Below, piece by piece: positions 54,824-64,000 of a DNA stretch of 64,000 bases; position 1 is the first letter of the stretch; every line of letters starts with the position of its first letter. The notes beneath the pieces are model-generated. The model was not told where the DNA came from and did no database searches. It saw nothing but the letters and a program-made list of their open reading frames with translations. Source of the stretch: the human T2T-CHM13v2.0 reference genome, Homo sapiens. A program made the translations under genes and the position numbers. Location of the stretch: assembly GCF_009914755.1 (NCBI RefSeq), contig NC_060947.1. The stretch is one strand, 5' to 3'.

Positions 54824-57619
54824 CAACTGCAACTGTGTTCTAAGCAACCAGACATTATAGTGAAGGCCACATAGGGCCTCAGTTTCCCTTTCTGTAAAAC
54901 AGGTAAAGGGGTAAGAATTATACAAGAGTATCATTGAAAGCATCTGACTCCAAGTTTGACTGATTTAATCAAAGGTCTTAAGAATAGCCCTCTTAACACT
55001 AGGTCTGATACTCAAAGTCTCCTGAGTGTCCCATCAAAGGAATGAAAACACACACATATAGCTTCTGTTAGTTTGCACAATTTTTCCTCTTTTCTTTTAG
55101 GTTTAACGTCTTTTAAGTACTCTCTATTCTAGATTGCTTAGCCTATGAATTGATCATTTGCAATACTCTTAAACACAGGTAGCTTGTCTTTCTAATGATA
55201 TGGTGTAAGTTTCAGGGTCTCTGCCAGGGGTGGTATGTAGTAGCGCAGAGTGACTCCAGTAGGGTGACAGCTCAGGATGGCAGCAGGGTTCATTGTGAAT
55301 CACCTCCCATCTTACAAAAGTGATCATGCTGTATATTCTTATGCATATGCATTGCCCACCATGATACTATGCATGAGGTAGTCACACCGTTGATATTGCT
55401 GAATGAGAGAATGAATAAATATATACATGAATGAATGATCAAACACACCTAAGATGGAAGGGTGGTATCAGGTGATGGGCCTGAGTATCTTATATAAATA
55501 CGAGATTCCTCCTTGCCCCTCTTGAAAAGAAACCTCAATGCAGACCATTTTCTTTGTGAAAGGAACAAAGTGGACCCATATGCCCACATTGGTAGGGAAT
55601 TAAAAAGATAGAAAAGAATTGAGTTTATAAGAATATTGGTAGGAACAAGACACTTGGGTCATCCCATGAAGGCAATTTCAGTTTGGACCAAAAGAGGACA
55701 AACCTGAATTCACAGAATGAATGCTTGAGCTGTAAGGTACCACTGAGCTCATCTGACTTAACGATCTCATTTTACACATGGAGACCCTGAGGCTCAGAAG
55801 GGAGGTACCACTTGACATAGATCACATAGCTCGACCCTGTGGGGAGTCGAGCAAAAAAATCTTAGACTGAGAATAACCTGGGCTTTGGGAACCTGGACAA
55901 ACTGAAGAACATAGTGAAAAATGGCTTCAAACCTAGTCTTCATATCAATGTATGGACCTGAGAGTCCCTTCGTGGTAACTCACTTGGCCCCTTACGTATC
56001 CTAACATCTGCTAGACAACAGTTTCTGGTGCTCTTGGGAAGGGATGTGCACTGCTGTCATGAGAACTTACTGGGCAAGATTGGGCTAATGGAGTGGGACA
56101 ACAGTTAGCAGCTGGATGGAAGCAGACACGCACAAAGCTTTTGGTATTTCCATTCGTTCCCACTGGGGCCCTCCCTTTATCTTCTAGTTCCTCCCACCTT
56201 TAGCAACACGGTGGGGAGAGATGGTCAGGAACTATGGCAGGAGTCTACCCCTGCAAGCCCATCTGCCAGAATAAATTCAGCTTAAATACCAGTTTGACTA
56301 ACTTTCTAATGGAATCAACTAATTGTTTCTTTGAATCATTTCACTGAATTTCTCAGGTCCATTCCGGGAAAACAGTCAAACCAGCGGAAGGGGCAAGCAT
56401 AGGTGTTTGGCATTTCTCTAGTTAGAACATACCCTGCCCCCACTAGGGCAAGAATGAAGGCTCCAAAGCCAGGGCAGGCAAGTGCCCGCTGCAGCAGCTG
56501 GCAGATTAGGCGTGGGAGGGCTGGTGTGACTTCCTGCTGAGTTCTGAGACTGAGTTCCTGGAAGTAGGTGCCTCTGCACCAGAGAAGACGCCTGCAGGGT
56601 TTGATCAGGACCTCATGGTGTTGGCTCCCGTGGCCAGTGCCCATCCTGTTCTCAAACCCACTGAGCTGTTTCTGTTCTCTGCCAACCCTTGGGTCTAGGC
56701 CAGAGCAGGTTTCTGACCTAGTCCTGACCTGAACCGGCAGCCCTCAGTGAGTCACCTCCCTCTTAGAGCTCTCACTGCACTTGGAAGAGTCAGCCTATCC
56801 TGTCTTTTCTGGCTTGTTCTTCCTTTCCTGTGTATTTCTCTTGCCACCTCTGTGAGAAGGAAAACTCTACTGTGTCTTCCTTGCCCTTCTTCATAGTCCC
56901 TGGAATGGGATGTGGACCATCCGTGTACAGGGATAACCAGTAATGGACTGAATCTCAGCTTCCTTTGCCTAACTCACAGATAGCATCCCAAGGTCATAGA
57001 AAGTTGTCTTCCTGCCTGTTGCTTTCCCATGACATTGACAAATCCGAGTGGGTCTGTGACTAGACCTTGCAGTGGAAGTGTACAAATGCTTTCCCAAGGC
57101 GGGATGCAGAGTTGTGGGAAAAGAATGGAACAAGATTGCTGACAGCTCTAAGGGAACCTCTGCATTTTGATGTCAATGGTTAATCTACTGTGTCACATCT
57201 CTTAAGAAACTAAACAAAATGCAGTAACTGCTATGACATTGAAGCTGTGTTGCAGAAACGATATTGTAGAGCAAATAACTATCTTATACTGGCTATTTTA
57301 TGCCTTATTGAACAAGCAGCAGTTTATGAAAACAACGTTTCATAAATATGGTTGCAGATTCCTGTGTGGAGACTGCTAGAATTTGCAGCAAGGTGGACTC
57401 ATTGGTTTCTTCATTCTCCCCCTGAGCTCTTTCCATGTTCACCCTACTCTGGACCTTAGCTAGCTAGCATGTGGCCCCACATCCAAGCACATCTTTCAAG
57501 GTCTAAGAGACGATGTATGAGGTATCATGGGAGGGGTCACAGCTATAGCAAGACCAACATAAACTCAATAAAAGGAGATACTTGAATGAAACTAGACCCT
57601 GGATTTTGTGGAGGGCTGG

Positions 57620-57860
57620 AACAAGCCTCAGAGTGGGAGTCAGGAAACCTGGACTGCAGTCCTATCTTATCCACCAGCTACACAAGTCACTTTACCACTG
57701 GGAGTCACTTCAACTCAGGATCCTCATCTGGAAAATGCAGATAAATGTACTTGTTCTCCCTGCCTCCCAGGGTTCGTGAGAGGAAAATGTGCCTTTAGAA
57801 GCTTCACAGACTATAAATCACTAGACGCGCACCAGGGATGGGATTATCACTATCATTTAC
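57620..57860 (+). mobile_element. MIR
   Basis: GGGAGTCAGGAAACCTGG...CCTCATCTGGAAAATG...CCTGCCTCCCAGGGTTCGTGAG. Confidence 0.75.
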
Positions 57861-58122
57861 TTTGAAGAAGCGGTTGCCAGAGGCGGTGAGCAAGTTCCTT
57901 AACCACAGTATTTAAAGAGAGACTGCCTGAACCAGTGTGTCAGGTAGTCACCGAGGGGATTTCAGTGGCATTGGTGGGGCTGACACTAGATGTACTCCAA
58001 GGTCCTTTTAAGTTCTAACTCCATGAGTCCAGAATGTACAGGCTTTTAATCATTTTCTTAGTAGTGACTGTGTGTTTAAGCTGGACTATCATTCCCTTAG
58101 CCTCATTTTTTATTCTATAAAT

Positions 58123-58410
58123 TGTGGCTCATGCCTGTAATCGCAGCACTTTGGGAGGCCGAGGCAGACGGATCACTTGAGGTCAGGAGATCGAGACCAG
58201 CCTGGCCAACATGGTTAAACTCCGTTTCTACTAAAAATACAAAAATTAGTCAGGTGTGGTGCTGGGTGCCTGTAATCTCAGCTACTCCTGAGGCTGAGGC
58301 ACGATAATTGCTTGAACCCAGGGGGCAGAGGTTGCAGTGAGCCAAGATCACATCACTGCACTCCAGCCTGGGTGACAGAGCAAGACTCCATTTCAAAAAA
58401 AAAAAAAAAA
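58123..58410 (+). mobile_element. AluS (Sz/Sx-like), first ~10 nt missing
   Basis: TGTGGCTCATGCCTGTAATC...GACTCCATTTC followed by A15. Confidence 0.95.
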
Positions 58411-58479
58411 GGTATATCGTACAAAGAGGAGATATGATTAGTTTTGTACCCTGAGAGAATTTTTTAAAAAATATTATGC

Positions 58480-58995
58480 CATAAGCGTTTTCCTAAAACC
58501 TTAAATCCTTAAATATTTGCTAAGAACATGATTTTGGATAAATTGCTATGTAATATTCTAGCCTATGATTATGCCTTAGTTTAAGAAACACTTTTTAGAC
58601 ATTCAGAGTCTTGTTTTTTTCTATTATAATAGGGAAAGTTAAGATTTGTAGACATAAACAGTAGTGTCTGATGAATTCTTTATGTGAAATCTAGTAACAA
58701 AGCTATGGGGTCAAAGCGCATAGACATTTTTAATTCTCTTGATTACATTGTCAACATGTTCTCCATAAAGGCTGAGTAATTTATGACTCCCAGCAGTAGT
58801 GTAGAAAAACAACCATTTCACGAAATCTTCGTCAACCCTGGGAATTTTGATTTTAACATTTCTCAGCCAATTTTATATGCAAAAATAATTTCTCTTGTTA
58901 GTTTTAATTTACAGTTCATTGATTACAAGTGAAGTTGATTTTTTGCCTTTTGTTTATTACCTACTTGTACGTAATCTGTTGTGAATTGTCCTTTG
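58480..58995 (-). mobile_element. Old L1 (L1ME-like) 3' fragment
   Basis: GCTATGGGGTCAAAGCGCATAGACATTTTTAATT...ACTCCCAGCAGTAGTG...GTTTTAATTTACA...TGTTGTGAATTGTC. Confidence 0.65.
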
Positions 58996-59964
58996 TATCA
59001 GCCCCTTTTAGAACCTACTATTCACACTGCTCTGCAGATGTAATCAGAGTTTTCAGCCATCAATACCAAAGGAGAACAGGATTTTCTGAATGAGCTGAAC
59101 CCCATCAGTTCCTAGAGCTTCTCTCCCAGCAAACCATTCACAATAGCGGGGGTGTGGGGGTGCTGAAATCCGGCAGTGATTTGTATTTCCCTGCATTTAC
59201 TTCTCCTGCTCTGCTTCTTGTATAAGAGCTAATGAGCAGCAAAGCTGACAAAAGACTAAGAAAAAAGAGAAGAAAGGGCATAGTTAATCCCTTAAGTAGG
59301 ATTGAGGAATGGGTGGTGTTTGCCTTTAGAAAGGGGGAAAAAAATTCAGGACTTTTTTTTTTTCAGCCATGCAGTTCCCAATATGTACCACTGGATGGCA
59401 ATCCTCTATTGGTTAGGTAAAAAGCTCCTACCTGCCAAGACTAGGGAAACTGAGGAAGCAGCTGCTGAAACTGAGAGATAGGCACATGCAAGGCAGCTAA
59501 CAGTTGAATACAGGTGGCCTTTAGACACCACTGGGAACATGGATCACTGATATGCAAGGAAATGAAAAGCAAGGAGTATATATTATAGACAGTGACACAG
59601 ACAGTGGCTGAGGAGAGTCACAGAAGGGAATGCATTTCTTCCTACTTCATTTGTTCCTTCTTTTCCTCTGCTCTATATTGGGTATAATTTGATTTACCTT
59701 TTTGTGCTTGAAAAGGCAAAATTACCTACTTTGGGCATACAATTGTCAGTAAGTACTGCATGCTTCTGGGAGATGGAGTCGGGTGGATGCTGCTCTTGCA
59801 CTATGGGAACCCTGAATTGCCCAAGCCTGGCCAGCTGCGCCGGCAAAGCCATTCAGAAAAGCAGTGCCACAGTTCCTGGGAGCAGAGAATAGAAAGCAAA
59901 CCCACAGCCTCTTTAAGACTTGTTCTAGCCCTAAAGGCAGCATGGTGTAGAAGAAACAGCACGG

Positions 59965-60715
<751 letters not shown>

Positions 60716-62436
60716 TGTAAAAAATCTCTCCCAGTATTCTGAGAGCACAGTCAAGAAAAAAGACGTGCACATCTAGTGCTGAGATGAAAAGGTCTTGTAT
60801 GGTCAGCCAGTGTGTGGAACCAGGCAGGTCTGAGAAAGAATGGGCAGCAGGACACAATCCAAAGACGGAAGCTGCTATTTCAAACTGGGGATCGTTTGCC
60901 TACAATGTGGTTTTGGTTCTTTTTAAAGGTGCAAGACAGACGTTTGCACTTGGATTCAGCTGTTTCTCTTAAGTCACTAAAATAGTCAAAGTTCAAATCT
61001 GGAAGAAACCTTCCAATCTAACACCCTCTGGAAACTGAAACCCAGAGATGGGCAATGGCTTGCTTCCCTAAGTCACAGGATGAGTCAGTTGCCTAGCAGG
61101 AAATGGGTTCCAGACCCCAAGACCATCAATAAGGGCTCCTCCCACTGTGTACCCCACCCCTAGACAGGCTACCACATGGCTAGTCCTTTAGAGAGCCCAT
61201 TGCATAAAGGCCAAAAAGGACTTCCCCAAATTGGGGTGAGCCATTGTTGTGTATCCTCATCTAGCCCATCTAGCCTTATTGTAACCAGCCAAATCTTCCC
61301 AACAACAGGTGCAATACAGGTTTTTTGTGTGTTTCTGCCCATTCAAAATCTGACTCTTATTTTTGTATGCACCGATTTAAGGAAACAATTACATGGATAA
61401 TCCACAAGTCACACATGTATATCTGGCTTTCCGTGTCACTACGTAATTTCCCTAATTTATGAAGTTCAGACAAATACTTAAAATCATACACATTTCTCAC
61501 ATTCCTCAACACTTAAAGGATTTAGGAGTTCAGGGTAAGCCTTATAGAGTCCTGTCTAGGCACCATGGTAACATTTCAGGTAAATGCCTCCAGATGACCA
61601 GCAGTGCATGTTTGAAAGTATAGGTGCAGCAGGTAGGGTTTTCAGGAAGGCTAAATGAGGAGCACACATGTCAATTCAAGACTCACAAAACCACAAAGAG
61701 CAATGAGGGAGATGGTGGCATGATTAAGCACCATCATGTGTCTCTGCAACACACAACGCCTAATTAAAAAACGCAACCAAAATAATCAAGAAAGTGGGAT
61801 ACAAAGAGCCAATGACTGGCTGGAATCATGGGCCAAAACCCAAGAGATATTTGACAAGGATAAAGGTCAAGCTGCAATCCAAGGTTTTAGAATATCAATT
61901 AGCTAGAAGCTGGGGGAGACCTGGTTTCACAGCAGGCCTTACAATAGGACCTTGGGGCTTTCATTGACGGGAAGCTCTGCATAAGCAAACAGGAATGAGT
62001 GGGGCAGGGTTATGAAAAGGCTAGGCCCCAGGGCATGGATCTAGGGTTCATTTTGTATCCCACACTCCACATGGGAGTAAATGGCAAACCAAAACACAAC
62101 CAAAAAAAGGGGACTGCAATGACTAGCACTAAGGAAATTGCGTCCTACTGAGGAGTGACTGAAGAACTAGGGCAATTTCCCAGTAACTATCATATTGATG
62201 GCGATTGATAATCATAAAAACCAGCATTTATTGACCACTTACATACCAAGCCCATTGCTAAAGGCTTACCTCACCTCACCCTTCAGCTATGAGAGAGGGC
62301 GAGGGAAGTGGGACCTACCAAGAGATTTTATACTGACTTGCCCTAGGCACCCAGCTAGGAAGTGGTAGAGCCAGAATTTGAACCCAGATCATCTGACACC
62401 AAAGTCTGTGTCCTATCCACTGCACCAATTGCAGCG

Positions 62437-62767
62437 TTTTTTGTTTGTTTGTTTGTTTGTTTTTTGAGACAAGGTCTCACTCTGTTGCCCAGGCTGGAAT
62501 GCAATGATGTGAACATGGCTTACTGCAGCCTCAATCTCCTGGGCTTAAAGAATTCTCTCACCTCACCCTCCTGAGTAGCTGTGACACCCAGGTACTGAGC
62601 AAAGGTGTGCTGCCATGCTTGGCTAATTTTGTCTGTGTGTGTGTGTGTGTGGAGAAACGGGTCTTGCCATGTTGCCCAGGTTGATCTCAAACTCCTGGCC
62701 TCAAGTGATCTCCTGCCTTGGCCTCCCAAAGTGCTTGGATTACAGGCATGAGCCACCATGCCTGGCC
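62437..62767 (-). mobile_element. AluJ with (TG)n middle region and a 19-bp foreign insert
   Basis: GAGACAAGGTCTCACTCTGTTGCCCAGGCTGG...CTGCAGCCTCAATCTCCTGGGCT; TSD-like TGCAGC(G/A)TT; flanked by antisense MIRs. Confidence 0.92.
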
Positions 62768-63619
62768 TGCAGCATTCTATTTTATAAGAATCATCAATGC
62801 TACCATTTATTAGATGCTTCCTATGTATATGCATCAAGCATTTTTCTAAGCATTTTCTGTGTCTAACCTCACTGAACTCTCCCATCAACCCTATGAAGTA
62901 CATAATATATTTACTCCTATGGCTGGAGGAAGCAACTGAGGCTCAGAGAGGTCAAATCACTTGCTCAAGTCCACACAGCTGAGAAGCTTTAGAGTCACTA
63001 CAGAGCTGTGCTCTCTTCTCTCCTTAAGAAGAAACTTGGAGGTAATAAGCTACACGGCCCCTGAGATCTGAAGGACTACAGTATGATGAGGAAGAAGATT
63101 CACCCATAGTCATGGTACCCCAGTGCACTTTATATCTTTTTTACTCAAATGTGGTTCCAATAGCTTGTGTCAACTGGGCTCCAGTGATTGCTAAGCAGAT
63201 GCTTTTGGCATCAGCTGTTTATCTGGCCTCCCAAGTTATAGCACTGTAGTTTCTTCTTGAGTGGCTCCACCAGCCCAGTCAATCAAATAACCTATCAGCC
63301 TATCAGTTCACTCAGCTGAATTGTTTTTTTCACTCTATTGATCTGTTTGGCTGCACAGAATACATTGACAGGGTGCCCCAGGGTTATGTAAACACACCCC
63401 TCCTCCTACTGAGGGCTCTCTCTGTAAGCCTCAAACCTCAAAAGCCCCAAAGTCAAAGATCTGTTTCCACCATGTGCCCACTACACATTCAGACCAAAGA
63501 AAATGAATGAATGGAAGCCAGGTATCAAACATTCTCTCACTCACCGTTTAAAATTACTTAGAACTGCTCTGGCTATACTATTATGAATGTACTTTGGAGG
63601 TAACTTTTTTATGATTTGG

Positions 63620-63768
63620 GTTTTTTTGTTTGTTTGTTTTAACTTTTAGTTTAGATTCAGGCGTTACATGTACAGGTTTGTTACCTGGGTATATTGTGTA
63701 ATTGCTGAGGTTTGGGGTAAGAATGATCCCATCACCCAGGTACTGAGCAAAATATCCACAGGTTTTTT
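63620..63768 (-). mobile_element. L1 (L1PB/old L1PA-like) 3' end
   Basis: TACATGTACAGGTTTGTTACCTGGGTATATTGTG...GCTGAGGTTTGGGG...GATCCCATCACCCAGGTACTGAGCA. Confidence 0.85.
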
Positions 63769-64000
63769 TATTATTATTTTTTTGAGACAGAGTCTTGCTG
63801 TGTCACCCAGGCTGGAGTGCAGTGGCACAATCTTGGCTCACTGTAACCTCTGCCTCCCAGGTTCAAGCAATCCTCCTGCCTCAGCCTCCTGAATAGCTGG
63901 GACTACAGGAGCACATCACTGTGCCCAGCTAATTTTCGTATTTTTGGTGGAAACAGGGTTTCACCATATTGGCCAGGCTGTCTCCAACTTCTGACCTCAA
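63769..64000 (-). mobile_element. AluS (runs off the window end)
   Basis: TTTGAGACAGAGTCTTGCTGTGTCACCCAGGCTGGAGTGCAGTGG... Confidence 0.95.

Noticed and set aside
57323-57346. Small inverted repeats (TTTATGAAA...TTTCATAAA; also about 39058-39085 and 48677-48696)
   Set aside because: Arms of 8-9 bp are expected by chance in 64 kb

Overview
Primate (most likely human) non-coding genomic DNA, either intronic or intergenic. I recognise no protein-coding exon of a known gene and no tRNA, rRNA or known miRNA, so I cannot name the locus. The listed ORFs are mostly Alu-, L1-, Charlie- or microsatellite-derived, or chance ORFs. Interspersed repeats include about 14 Alus (J, S and Y types), a 5'-truncated ~5.8 kb L1MA-type element (39199-45030) carrying four nested insertions, older L1 3' fragments, two THE1 solo LTRs, hAT DNA-transposon relics and many MIR/L2 fragments. 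Unexplained structure: (i) a diverged ~260 bp direct duplication (about 3821-4084 and 4987-5256) whose shared blocks are rich in TF-like motifs; (ii) a cluster of minus-strand splice signals at 27.1-28.9 kb, with a 33-nt microexon candidate and a CAG|GTAAG site behind a 135-nt AG-free zone (recursive-splice-like); (iii) two TSD-flanked foreign inserts inside the L1; (iv) a 19-bp templated insertion in an Alu that matches a neighbouring L1; (v) an NRF1/YY1 promoter-like patch followed by a short ORF; (vi) a perfect 15-bp hairpin. Repeat subfamily names are from recalled consensus sequences, and boundaries of old repeats are approximate.
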